Shown here one piece after another: positions 51,914-61,304 of a stretch of DNA of 64,000 bases. How positions within the stretch are numbered: the first letter of the stretch is position 1; every line of letters starts with the position of its first letter. Origin of the DNA: Spirochaetaceae bacterium (GTDB lineage Bacteria > Spirochaetota > Spirochaetia > DSM-2461); NCBI GenBank assembly GCA_051531975.1, contig JAOPTT010000010.1, positions 160,001 through 224,000 of the forward strand, read 5' to 3'. The translations under genes and the position numbers were made by a program. Below the pieces are notes generated by a model, which was given only the letters and a program-made list of their open reading frames with translations, did no database searches and had not been told where the DNA came from.

Positions 51914-52900
51914 ATGAGAAAAGTATTATTACAATTAGTAATTTTTAGCTTAACGAGTATTTTTTCAGAAGAAGTTCTAGTAACTAAAATGAAAATGGAA
52001 ACATTATTAGAAATTCCTATTGGTAGAAAAAACTTTAATTTAGGTGAAGTATATGAGCCTGAAGGAATGTCTACTACTCTTCTTATGGATATGATAGTTT
52101 TAGAGGATTCCTATATTATTCAAGATATTGGTAACCAGAGAGTAGTAATGTTAAATAAAGATCTCACGAGTTTTACTACATTCAAAACATTTACCGATAC
52201 TCAAAATAGGAATGCAGCACCTTCAAGTTTTATTTCAATCGATAATAATAATATTCTAGCATCGGACTATAATGGGAAATACAGTGATGTGTTCAATTAT
52301 GAAACTGACTCGATAGTTCTACAACTAAAAGATACCATTCCATATAATAAATTTTTTGATGATAATAGAATTCCAGGATATGGATTAATCCTTATAGATA
52401 ACCTACTTATTGGTGAAATCAAAGAAAAATCTTTTTTTGTAATTGATCTATTATCAAAAAAAGAAACTAGAATATTGATTGGAGGAGAAGCTATTAATCT
52501 ATTAAAATCAAAATATGAAATTATCAATATTAAAGAAGACTTATATTTAGTACAAAATAATAATAAGATTTTAACTAGGAGCCCATTAAAATTCTACAAC
52601 TTTATGTTCAATAAAAAAAATAATATTCCTAGTAATATGGAAAAATTAAAAAAGTCTAGATTTAAAGATGAGGCATATTTCTCAGGAATGGATATCGATG
52701 GTAATTATTATTGGTCTCGAGGTTCTGGTTGTTATATTTTTAATTCAAAAGGAAGTCTTATAAAACATGTTTCATCTCCAAGAGCTTCGAATGGACATAG
52801 TGACATGCTCAGATATGCTGTAGATAAGCAAGGCAACCTATATAAGTTGTTTTTATCAGACAATAAATACCTATTAAAGTGGATAAAAAGAACATGGTAA
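51914..52900 (+). CDS. Exported protein with beta-propeller/NHL-like motifs (candidate immunity protein)
   Basis: Signal peptide; IIQDIGNQRVV, GMDIDGNYYW, AVDKQGNLY; starts 12 nt after the previous stop. Confidence 0.6.
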   Translation: MRKVLLQLVIFSLTSIFSEEVLVTKMKMETLLEIPIGRKNFNLGEVYEPEGMSTTLLMDMIVLEDSYIIQDIGNQRVVMLNKDLTSFTTFKTFTDTQNRNAAPSSFISIDNNNILASDYNGKYSDVFNYETDSIVLQLKDTIPYNKFFDDNRIPGYGLILIDNLLIGEIKEKSFFVIDLLSKKETRILIGGEAINLLKSKYEIINIKEDLYLVQNNNKILTRSPLKFYNFMFNKKNNIPSNMEKLKKSRFKDEAYFSGMDIDGNYYWSRGSGCYIFNSKGSLIKHVSSPRASNGHSDMLRYAVDKQGNLYKLFLSDNKYLLKWIKRTW

Positions 52901-52979
52901 TTAATAAATCACAAAACTTGTATTAAGGTTTGGATATAAATCCTTTAAAATGATATTATAATAAAAAAAGGAGATAAAA

Positions 52980-53657
52980 ATGATTTCAAAACTTATTAAA
53001 ATTATTGCATTCACATTAGTTATGGCAGCTGTAACAGGATGTGCGACAACAAAATATGAGGAACCTACAATTCTAGATTTATATGGTTCTTATGATGCTG
53101 GTGAGTATGTAAATAACTATTATGGATTCAAATTCTCATTACCAGAAACTTATGTAATTCAAGGTGATGAAATGAAGGAATACTTCAAAGAAGTTGGAGC
53201 GAAGCTATTAAATGGTAATGATGCTGAAAATACAAATCTTGACGAGTTAAGAGATGAACAATTATATAATATTTTAATTGCTTCTAAGCATGAGATTGGT
53301 GCACCAGTTGATGAAAATATAATGATTCAGGTTATTGCTGAGAACTTAGAATATCAGCCTGGAGTAGAAAATGGTGCTGATTATTTATGGCATGTTCAAA
53401 ACCAGTTAGAATCAAGTGATATGACAGTAATTAATCAATCTGAGTTTGGTACAGAAATTGTTAATGGGATTGAGTTTACAACATACAGTTATGGATTAGA
53501 TTTACAATCAGTTGTTGTAAGTCAGAAATGGTTTACAAAGAAAGTTGGAGATCATATTTTCTGTATTGCTCTATCTAATATAACAGATGAAGGATTTAAA
53601 GAGTTAGAAGAAATTCTTTATACAATTGAACTATTACAAAATAGCAGAATGAAATAA
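52980..53657 (+). CDS. Hypothetical lipoprotein (PsbP/DcrB-like fold possible)
   Basis: Lipobox VTGC; YVNNYYGFKFSLPETY motif; SD AGGAG. Confidence 0.7.
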   Translation: MISKLIKIIAFTLVMAAVTGCATTKYEEPTILDLYGSYDAGEYVNNYYGFKFSLPETYVIQGDEMKEYFKEVGAKLLNGNDAENTNLDELRDEQLYNILIASKHEIGAPVDENIMIQVIAENLEYQPGVENGADYLWHVQNQLESSDMTVINQSEFGTEIVNGIEFTTYSYGLDLQSVVVSQKWFTKKVGDHIFCIALSNITDEGFKELEEILYTIELLQNSRMK

Positions 53658-53663
53658 TAAAGT

Positions 53664-53691
53664 TAGGCTGGGTTTACCTAGCCTATCTTTT
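53664..53691. terminator. Intrinsic terminator between convergent genes
   Basis: TAGGCTGGG-ttta-CCTAGCCTA followed by TCTTTT. Confidence 0.7.
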
Positions 53692-53697
53692 ACTAAT

Positions 53698-54717
53698 TTA
53701 TATTTCTTTTGTCGTACCACGAACAATTAAATCTGGATAAAACATTAGACGTCTTGGAGTTCTATTTTTATGTTTAAGTAGTTGTAACATCATTTCGGCT
53801 GCTTCTATTCCAAGTCTTGGTGGATTCATATCAACTGTTGTAATCTGTGGATGGGATAACCGGGATAAAACAGTGTTATCTTGAGCAACTAAAGATAGAT
53901 CTTCAGGTACGGATAATCCAAGTTCTTGCGCTGCTCTCATTACACCTAAAGCCAATAACTCATTGGATACAAATATTGCAGATGGTCTATCTTTAGACTT
54001 GAGTATTTCTTTTATAATATCGCATGAAATATCTATTGCTTCAAAATGATCAATATCATCAATATGAATAATCATATCTTTAGTAACCGGAATGTTCTGT
54101 TCCTTCATTTTTTTTAAATAGATTTTTTCTTTACATAAAAAAGAGTAACTATTTGCAGTACCTCTAATAAAAGATATCTTTTTATGATTAAGACTAAAAA
54201 GATGGTCCATAACATGTGCCATCCCTTTCTCCTGATCTACAATAATTAGGTTACTATCGATTCTTTCAGGATTACCATTAATTAAAACTACAGGTAATTG
54301 TTTATTTAAGTCAGCATATAATCCTGAATTTTCATCTTTAGTCCCAACATCAACAATAATTATACCATCAACTCCTGAATCGATAAACTTTCGTAATATA
54401 TCTATCTCTTCTTCTCCTCTATGTGGGGAACTTGCAAAATTACACAGGTAACCATCTTCTCTTAGTCGGATCTCCATTGTGTTCATAATAGAAGAATAAT
54501 ATGGGTTTTCCATATTTGAAACAATAACTCCAACTCGGGATGCTTGACCTTTAGTTAGACCCCGGGCAGTTAAATTAGGTCTATAATCAAGTTCTGCAAT
54601 AGTTTTTTCTACTATTGCCCTAGCTTTATCACTTACAGGATGATTATTTAGAACTCGAGATACTGTGGCAATTGAAACACCTGCTTTTTGTGCTACATCT
54701 TCTAATTTTACTTTCAA
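53698..54717 (-). CDS. LacI family transcriptional regulator (copy A)
   Basis: LEDVAQKAGVSIATVSRVLN HTH, YRPN hinge, sugar-binding domain; TTG start at 54717 by analogy with copy B. Confidence 0.95.
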   Translation of the reverse strand: MKVKLEDVAQKAGVSIATVSRVLNNHPVSDKARAIVEKTIAELDYRPNLTARGLTKGQASRVGVIVSNMENPYYSSIMNTMEIRLREDGYLCNFASSPHRGEEEIDILRKFIDSGVDGIIIVDVGTKDENSGLYADLNKQLPVVLINGNPERIDSNLIIVDQEKGMAHVMDHLFSLNHKKISFIRGTANSYSFLCKEKIYLKKMKEQNIPVTKDMIIHIDDIDHFEAIDISCDIIKEILKSKDRPSAIFVSNELLALGVMRAAQELGLSVPEDLSLVAQDNTVLSRLSHPQITTVDMNPPRLGIEAAEMMLQLLKHKNRTPRRLMFYPDLIVRGTTKEI

Positions 54718-54750
54718 CTGTCTATCTCCTTCCAAATAATACTGTTTATA

Positions 54751-54780
54751 TTAAACCTTAACAGCACTATCGACCATACC
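54751..54780 (-). pseudogene. 3' remnant of a sugar ABC permease gene (GMVDSAVKV*)
   Basis: 28/30 nt identical to 59507-59536, the last codons of the intact permease (GMVDSAVKG*). Confidence 0.8.
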
Positions 54781-54905
54781 AATAATAAAAAAAATTGGAG
54801 ATATGAATTATTCTCCTGGGTACAAAAGTAAAAGTTTTTCAGGTTATATATTAGAGATATTATTTGAAAATTATATTAAAGACGTGCCAACGATGCACAG
54901 AGTTT

Positions 54906-55616
54906 TCAAGTGTTTTTTCTTGCTATTAATAAACCTCTACCATTTAGACCAATTTTGTCTATTATTACAGTAAAGTTATTTCTTTCAAGGCAACGCATTA
55001 GTTCCTCTATTCGAAAAAGAGTAAATTTAAAATGCTCAATACAATGCTGTGTTCCATTAGATGATGTAACTAAATAATGCTCGTCAAACTCTGCTATGTT
55101 ATCCTTAGTTAAACTTGTAGACATTCTAAAATATACTTTACCATTTCTTTCTATAATTCTTTTTTTTATTTGATTTTGTCGCCAGTTTTCTGGGGTGAAA
55201 CCCGGGTCAATGATAACTAATCCATCTGGATTTAGGTTTAAACTAAAGGATTTAATTGTATTTTCAAATTCGTCAATACTAGGTAAATGATCTATAGAAT
55301 TAAATAAAGCAGTTATAACATCGAATGTTTGATTTGTGGATAATTCATGCATTGGCTGAAGAAAAAATTTTGTTTTGGGAAGTCTTTTCCTTGCGATATT
55401 TAATAATTTACTTGAAAGTTCAGCACCAGAGACAACATTGAAAAGATTCTTGAAGTAGACTAAATGATTCCCAGTTCCACAAGCGACCTCTAGAAATGAC
55501 TTTGGTTTATTTATGCTGTGTTCTTGAACTAATGCGTAAATGTACTGAACTTCCAGTACATATTGTTTATCAGAATGGTAAACATCATAACATTCGCTTG
55601 AATTATTATTAATCAT
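54906..55616 (-). CDS. Class I SAM methyltransferase, TylM1/DesVI-like
   Basis: LEVACGTG, FDVITALFNSI, LNPDGLVIIDPGFTPENW, C-terminal GRGLL; ATG at 55616 with SD GAAGGAG (the ORF track starts at 55637). Confidence 0.8.
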   Translation of the reverse strand: MINNNSSECYDVYHSDKQYVLEVQYIYALVQEHSINKPKSFLEVACGTGNHLVYFKNLFNVVSGAELSSKLLNIARKRLPKTKFFLQPMHELSTNQTFDVITALFNSIDHLPSIDEFENTIKSFSLNLNPDGLVIIDPGFTPENWRQNQIKKRIIERNGKVYFRMSTSLTKDNIAEFDEHYLVTSSNGTQHCIEHFKFTLFRIEELMRCLERNNFTVIIDKIGLNGRGLLIARKNT

Positions 55617-55650
55617 ATCTCCTTCCCTTTTAATCAATATTAGAAATGTA

Positions 55651-55690
55651 TTAGACAGAGAAAGAATCCATTACATCTCACTCTGTCTAA
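55651..55690. terminator. Stem-loop downstream of the glycoside hydrolase gene
   Basis: TTAGACAGAG / CTCTGTCTAA 10-bp inverted repeat with a 20-nt loop. Confidence 0.55.
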
Positions 55691-55694
55691 TTTT

Positions 55695-57860
55695 TTATTT
55701 AAAACCGATAACAAGTGTCATTTTTTTCTTGTCAAAACTTACTGAGTATTCATATAGTTCATTGGCTTTCTTAGAAACAATACTACCATCATAGGTGGTC
55801 ATTTTATCAACTTCGTATCCCTCAGGTATAGAAACCCATAGTGTTTCTTCTTGTCCAACAATACCTTCCAACTCTATAACCAATTTATCATCTTCAAAAT
55901 ACTCTTTTGATATACTGATAGCACCCATACTCACATGTCTAAATGATGTTACAACATGGGGTACATCCTTTACTGGAACTAATCCAATAACCTGGCACTC
56001 ACCAAGATCCAGTGCTTTACATGAAATTTTATCTGAAGAAATACCCATATAATCCCGTGCCCAGAAATCCACTACATGATAGGCTTTGTCCTTTCTCAAA
56101 TTAAACTGATCAAGTCCAACAATTGTTCCTTCTAGTGGCACTGTAGCTACTCTAAGTCCAACACACCACTCTCTATCATTGTGATCCATGTGAATCGCCC
56201 ACAATGTTGAGAATGGGTGATTATCCTTCATGGTTGGGGATTCACCTGACATGTTCCAAGCATCATCAAGTGATACGTCTTCAGCTTTTACCGGCTCTTC
56301 TCTAGGAACTGCAAAACCATGAAGCTTAGTCCATGTAAACGCAGCATAATCCATGTCCAAAGCACCTGTTTCACCAGTCATGGTATTTAGTGTTGGTAGA
56401 TTTCTTTTAAAGAGCTCTAGTCGATCTTCATCATAATCTGCCAGGGGGTCAGACAGCATTAACAAACTACCCGTTAGTGATACTAGAGATGTCACAGTTC
56501 TTGTCCACTCAAGTTTTGCCCTACCACATATATGGTCTGGATCGTTTAGAAAAAGTATTCGTTGTGTATGGAACCACCTAGCAGATTCAAACAGTTGCAT
56601 TCTGATACCTGCCCAAGTAGGGTTCGCATCCATTGCAATACGGCATGCATCAACTAGTCCTATAACTTCTGCCATTACACCCCAGGATGCCAACAAGTAT
56701 GCATCCTCACCAATTCCGTCCCTTGCTGCTTGCATATAGGCTCGAAACTTATCCCTTGCATCATCATTGCTCATAAGTCCTTGTCTTACTGCCTCGTGCA
56801 GACCATCAAAAAGTAGATGTCTAATGGCATCTGTTTTGAAATAATCATAACCCATCTCTTTTAGACCTTTATAAAATGGAAGTACGTGGATTTCAAGAGA
56901 TTCAGGGGAACAGGTAATGAGATAATCTATCCACTCACCAAGCATCAGTTCTCCATCGGCACCTTTTAGAAAATGGTCTTCATAATTCTTTGCAAAAGCT
57001 TTGTTGGTAACATTAGCATTTGTCCATATTCCAGCACTTAAACCAGTTGATTTTACTTTATCAACCACACCTTCATGACCCTGGGGGAATTGGCCATTAG
57101 TATGTAACCACCCTTCAGACAAGGGGGCATCATCTTTATAAGGCAGTGGCATATTCTCAAAACCATCATCTAGCTGAATATACTCAAAGCCATAATCTTT
57201 AAGATGTTTGTCAAAAAAATCTGACGCTTCCTTTATGTCATTTTGACATACATCACGTCTTGAAGCCTCCCAGGAACACCAACCTGATACAGGTTTCATG
57301 TTTGGTCTAAATTCCCATGGCTTATGATATTCATAACCAAGGTGTTGTCTATAATATTGCATCCTAAGATTGATAACCCATGGACTAGGGCCAAGTTCCA
57401 CATCAACAACTGCGTACAATTCGTTATTGTCATTAACTAAAAGTTTTGTATCCTCCCAATGCCATGATCGCCCCAACCATTCAATTAATAAGTCCTGGTT
57501 TATATCATACAGTCCGTTTACACCTTCCATAAGCGGTTTACCAACTTGCCCTAGTATCGCCTCTTCATGCCCTGCTCTTTTTGGTCTCATACATACAGCA
57601 TCATCACTTAATAAAAATGTACATCTACAATGTATAGGTTGATCAACCATGAAGTAGAGCTGCTGCACAAAAGGATTGTTTTGAATGTTCCCATCAGATC
57701 CATGTCTAAATCCAATTTCCTCATCACCTGGTATCTCGATGGTCATAATGTTACGCCCATTGTACTCGTATGTTAATTCTCTAGTCTCTTCGTTCCACTT
57801 ATGTAGTGCATGAGCTAGAGGTGGCTCATTTAATATTGGATGAAAGTTTTCATTATTCAT
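55695..57860 (-). CDS. Clan GH-D glycoside hydrolase (GH36/GH27-like alpha-galactosidase)
   Basis: GWCSW, YIQLDDG, YFKTD (nucleophile), CRIAMD, NDPD. Confidence 0.8.
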   Translation of the reverse strand: MNNENFHPILNEPPLAHALHKWNEETRELTYEYNGRNIMTIEIPGDEEIGFRHGSDGNIQNNPFVQQLYFMVDQPIHCRCTFLLSDDAVCMRPKRAGHEEAILGQVGKPLMEGVNGLYDINQDLLIEWLGRSWHWEDTKLLVNDNNELYAVVDVELGPSPWVINLRMQYYRQHLGYEYHKPWEFRPNMKPVSGWCSWEASRRDVCQNDIKEASDFFDKHLKDYGFEYIQLDDGFENMPLPYKDDAPLSEGWLHTNGQFPQGHEGVVDKVKSTGLSAGIWTNANVTNKAFAKNYEDHFLKGADGELMLGEWIDYLITCSPESLEIHVLPFYKGLKEMGYDYFKTDAIRHLLFDGLHEAVRQGLMSNDDARDKFRAYMQAARDGIGEDAYLLASWGVMAEVIGLVDACRIAMDANPTWAGIRMQLFESARWFHTQRILFLNDPDHICGRAKLEWTRTVTSLVSLTGSLLMLSDPLADYDEDRLELFKRNLPTLNTMTGETGALDMDYAAFTWTKLHGFAVPREEPVKAEDVSLDDAWNMSGESPTMKDNHPFSTLWAIHMDHNDREWCVGLRVATVPLEGTIVGLDQFNLRKDKAYHVVDFWARDYMGISSDKISCKALDLGECQVIGLVPVKDVPHVVTSFRHVSMGAISISKEYFEDDKLVIELEGIVGQEETLWVSIPEGYEVDKMTTYDGSIVSKKANELYEYSVSFDKKKMTLVIGFK

Positions 57861-58291
57861 TATAGCGCTCCTTCGACTAATCTTGGTAAGACTGGCATAT
57901 CCAAATTATGGAACTCAGAATCTACCTTTATATTTTCTGTTATCTTTACTGTTGTTGATGTCGATAGAGAAATAATCTGATGCCATACACCTGTAAAAAG
58001 GCATACCGGCTGATCTAATAGGAATATTTCATAATCATTTGGTGTCTCATAAGATGCGACTAACAATAACCCAGTTCCATGTAATGGTTCAAAACTCTCT
58101 TTTGATTTTGGATGTCGCTCAAGATTCTGTGTCGACTTTCTCGTCACATGATAAGTAGCAATTCGCCATCCATAATCCGGTTCTTGAATAATAACCTTAA
58201 AATCACCATCACCATTTCCTTCATTATCAATCACTTTGCCGTATCTAAAAAAAGATTTGTGATTGATTGTTCTAATTTCAATTTGTCTCAT
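57860..58291 (-). CDS. Ureidoglycolate-lyase (AllA)-like cupin protein
   Basis: FFRYGKVI, LERHPKSKESFEPL, GVWH motifs. Confidence 0.7.
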   Translation of the reverse strand: MRQIEIRTINHKSFFRYGKVIDNEGNGDGDFKVIIQEPDYGWRIATYHVTRKSTQNLERHPKSKESFEPLHGTGLLLVASYETPNDYEIFLLDQPVCLFTGVWHQIISLSTSTTVKITENIKVDSEFHNLDMPVLPRLVEGAL

Positions 58292-58445
58292 TTAATCACC
58301 TACTATGACTTCATCTATAGTTTTGTTTAATAAAAATATTACTAGACAGCTTTATTGTTGTAGGGAAATAGCTACATCTTCTGTACCTATACACTCCTAC
58401 TATCCAGTTGGGGTATTATTGTGAATTTTCGTAATTGTAACTTTT

Positions 58446-59474
58446 CTAACTCATACCAATATCCTTGGTTGAATTTCTAATAATCAGCTCAGGATTAAAT
58501 GTCAAAATTCGAGCATACCTTTTTTTATGTTTCAGGATCTGTAACATCATCTCTGCAGATTCTGTACCCAATCTTGAGGGATTCATATCAATAGTTGTCA
58601 ATTGAGGGTCGGAAATCTTAGATAAGAAAGTATTATCCTGGGCAACTAATGACAAATCTTCTGGTATAGAGATCCCCAGTTCTTTAGCAGCCTTCATTAC
58701 TCCTAAAGCCATTAGTTCATTGGAAGCAAATATGGCTGTTGGCCTACTTTTTAACTGCAATATTTTTTTTACAGAACTACATGTTAAATCGATACCGTCA
58801 AAATGATCAGAATCTTCAGTTCGAATTATCATATCTTTTTCTACTGCTATGTTCTGCTCCTTCATTTTTTTTATATAAATATTTTCTTTACATAAAAAAG
58901 AGTAACTATTTGCAGTACCTCTAATAAAGGATATTTTTTTATGATTAAGGTTAAAAAGATGATCCATTGCGTGTTCCATCCCTTTCTCCTGATCTACAAT
59001 AATTAGGTTACTATCTATTCTCTCAGGGTTACCATTTATTAGTACTACTGGTAATTGTTTATTTAAGTCAGCATATAATCCTGAGTTTTCATCTTTAGTT
59101 CCAACATCAACAATAATCAGACCATCAACTCCTGAATCGATAAACTTTTTTAAAATGTCTATCTCTTCCTCTCCTCTACATGGTGAACTTGCAAAATTAC
59201 ATAGATAACCATCTTCTCTTAGCCTGATCTCCATTGAATTCATAATAGAAGAAAAATATGGATTTTCCATATTAGAAACGACAACTCCAACCCGGGATGT
59301 TTGACCTTTAGTAAGACCTCGGGCCATTAAATTAGGCCTATAATCAAGTTCTGCAATAGTTTTTTCTACTACAGCCCTAGCTTTATCACTTACAGGATGA
59401 TTATTTAGAACTCGAGATACTGTGGCAATTGAAACACCAGCTTTTTGTGCAACATCTTCTAATTTTACTTTCAA
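58446..59474 (-). CDS. LacI family transcriptional regulator (copy B)
   Basis: Close paralog of copy A; same HTH and hinge. Confidence 0.95.
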   Translation of the reverse strand: MKVKLEDVAQKAGVSIATVSRVLNNHPVSDKARAVVEKTIAELDYRPNLMARGLTKGQTSRVGVVVSNMENPYFSSIMNSMEIRLREDGYLCNFASSPCRGEEEIDILKKFIDSGVDGLIIVDVGTKDENSGLYADLNKQLPVVLINGNPERIDSNLIIVDQEKGMEHAMDHLFNLNHKKISFIRGTANSYSFLCKENIYIKKMKEQNIAVEKDMIIRTEDSDHFDGIDLTCSSVKKILQLKSRPTAIFASNELMALGVMKAAKELGISIPEDLSLVAQDNTFLSKISDPQLTTIDMNPSRLGTESAEMMLQILKHKKRYARILTFNPELIIRNSTKDIGMS

Positions 59475-59506
59475 CTGTCTACTCCTTCTAAATAATACTG
59501 TTTTGA

Positions 59507-60340
59507 TTAACCCTTAACAGCGCTATCGACCATACCCTGAATAAAATATTTTTGTAAAAATACAAATAATACAGCTATTGGAAAAACACCTATTAAAGCA
59601 GATGCAGCAGCAGCTCCTAGATTTGAACTCGATTGAGAAAAAAAGCTAGAAACAGCAAGTGTAACTACCTGCATTTTTGGGGACTGTATAAGAAACAATG
59701 AAAACTGATAATCATTCCAAATAGCAACTCCAGTTAATATGATTACAGTTGCTGTTATAGGTTTTAATAAAGGTAGTATAATTTTGAAAAAGATTTCAAA
59801 CTTACTACATCCATCTATAAGAGCAGCTTCATCTAACTCTTTTGGAATAGTTAAAATAAAATTGGAATATAAAAAAATACTAATTGGTAGCTGAAAAGTA
59901 ACTAAAACCAAAATAATACCCCAATAAGTACTAACAGCTCCAATTCTACTTAGAGTAGTAACCAATGGAACAAGCATACTAAGTGGTGGAACCATCATTA
60001 CTGATAGAATAAACAAAAGAATAAATTTATTTAATTTTGATTTATTTCGGGCTAATGGATACGCAGCCATTCCACCTAAAAAAACAATTACAATAATTGA
60101 TACAATAGTGATAAAAGTACTATTTTGTAGTGCAGAAAATATATGAGCTTTCTCTATAGCAATAGTAAAATTATCAATAATACCAGAAGTAGAAAATAAC
60201 CACCTGGAAGTCATATCTGTTTTTGCTTTAAATGCAACATTTATGGTTATATAGAGTGGTATAAAATGAAATAGACCAATGAAACCTAATAGAAAGCTTA
60301 ATAGTATATTTCTTATACGACTTTTTTTTGTAACTATCAT
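59507..60340 (-). CDS. Carbohydrate ABC transporter permease (MalG-like)
   Basis: IPKELDEAALIDG EAA loop, WNDY. Confidence 0.93.
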   Translation of the reverse strand: MIVTKKSRIRNILLSFLLGFIGLFHFIPLYITINVAFKAKTDMTSRWLFSTSGIIDNFTIAIEKAHIFSALQNSTFITIVSIIVIVFLGGMAAYPLARNKSKLNKFILLFILSVMMVPPLSMLVPLVTTLSRIGAVSTYWGIILVLVTFQLPISIFLYSNFILTIPKELDEAALIDGCSKFEIFFKIILPLLKPITATVIILTGVAIWNDYQFSLFLIQSPKMQVVTLAVSSFFSQSSSNLGAAAASALIGVFPIAVLFVFLQKYFIQGMVDSAVKG

Positions 60341-61233
60341 AGATCTATCTCCTTTTGACTTGCAACAAGTTGAAACAACATCGTAAAAATAATTATCATG
60401 ACAAACAGTAGTATCCCAACACTTGCTGAATAACCAGCTGATTCTGCAGAAAAATATACTAAGCTGATATAAGTAGATAGAGAGTGGGAAGCATACCCAG
60501 GACCTCCACTTGTCATAGCCTGAATAACATCAAATAGTTTAAGCCCACCTATTAGATTTAATATAATACTTGTCATGATTGCCGGTCTTAACATTGGTAA
60601 CGTTATATAAACAAACTGCTCGGTTGATGATGCCCCATCAATCTCACTTGCTTCGTAATATGTTCCCGGTATAGTCTGTAACCCGGCAAGATAAATAACC
60701 ATCGAGATACCACAAAACTGTACCGAATTGGCAAATACGATAATACCAATAGCTCTATTACCATCAGCCAACCAGTCAACCCTAGTCATGTTAAATAATA
60801 GTAAAATGTCATTTAATGCACCTCTATTATATTGAAACATGAAGTACCACATATAACCCATAATAACCGGTGCTATAAGTACTGGAAGATAGATAAAGGT
60901 CCGTGAAAAGTTTCTTCCTTTAATACTTTTATTCAATAATAAAGCATAAGATAACCCAAGAATTTGCTGAATAAACGTACTACCAAATCCATATGAAAGA
61001 GTATTCATAGTTGCATGTATTAAATTTTTATCTTTAAAAAGTGCTACAAAATTAGCAATGCCGATATATTTAAAACTCTGAGAATATCCATTCCAATTAG
61101 TAAATGCTATACGTATTCCTTCTGAAAATGGGTAGACGATCAAACCCAAAAACAACAAAATAGCAGGTAGGTACATAATATTAGTAATGTGCTGCTGTTT
61201 AAAGATAGAAACATTCGCCAATTTTTTCTTCAT
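60337..61233 (-). CDS. Carbohydrate ABC transporter permease (MalF-like)
   Basis: IYLAGLQTIP..YYEASEIDGA, ITLPML, TSGGPG; ATG at 61233 with SD GGAG preferred over 61266. Confidence 0.93.
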   Translation of the reverse strand: MKKKLANVSIFKQQHITNIMYLPAILLFLGLIVYPFSEGIRIAFTNWNGYSQSFKYIGIANFVALFKDKNLIHATMNTLSYGFGSTFIQQILGLSYALLLNKSIKGRNFSRTFIYLPVLIAPVIMGYMWYFMFQYNRGALNDILLLFNMTRVDWLADGNRAIGIIVFANSVQFCGISMVIYLAGLQTIPGTYYEASEIDGASSTEQFVYITLPMLRPAIMTSIILNLIGGLKLFDVIQAMTSGGPGYASHSLSTYISLVYFSAESAGYSASVGILLFVMIIIFTMLFQLVASQKEIDL

Positions 61234-61252
61234 AATAATTCTCCATGTTAAG

Positions 61253-61289
61253 AGTCGTGCTTTCACCTTATAGAGGTGAAAACACGACT
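61253..61289. terminator. Inter-cistronic stem-loop after the solute-binding protein gene
   Basis: AGTCGTG-ct-TTCACCT...AGGTGAA-aa-CACGACT; typical position for a stabiliser or partial terminator in sugar ABC operons. Confidence 0.65.
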
Positions 61290-61304
61290 TATATAAATAT
61301 AATG

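Noticed and set aside
54781..54905. Integron attC site downstream of the AT-rich methyltransferase
   Set aside because: GTGCCAAC/GTTGGCAC does not fit RYYYAAC...GTTRRRY with paired L boxes; no integrase or second site.
4781..58924. Many short ORF-track entries overlapping or antisense to long genes (e.g. 4781-4975, 6228-6617, 11791-12099, 31152-31502, 57370-57642)
   Set aside because: Shadow ORFs of well-supported genes; no SD or recognisable motifs.
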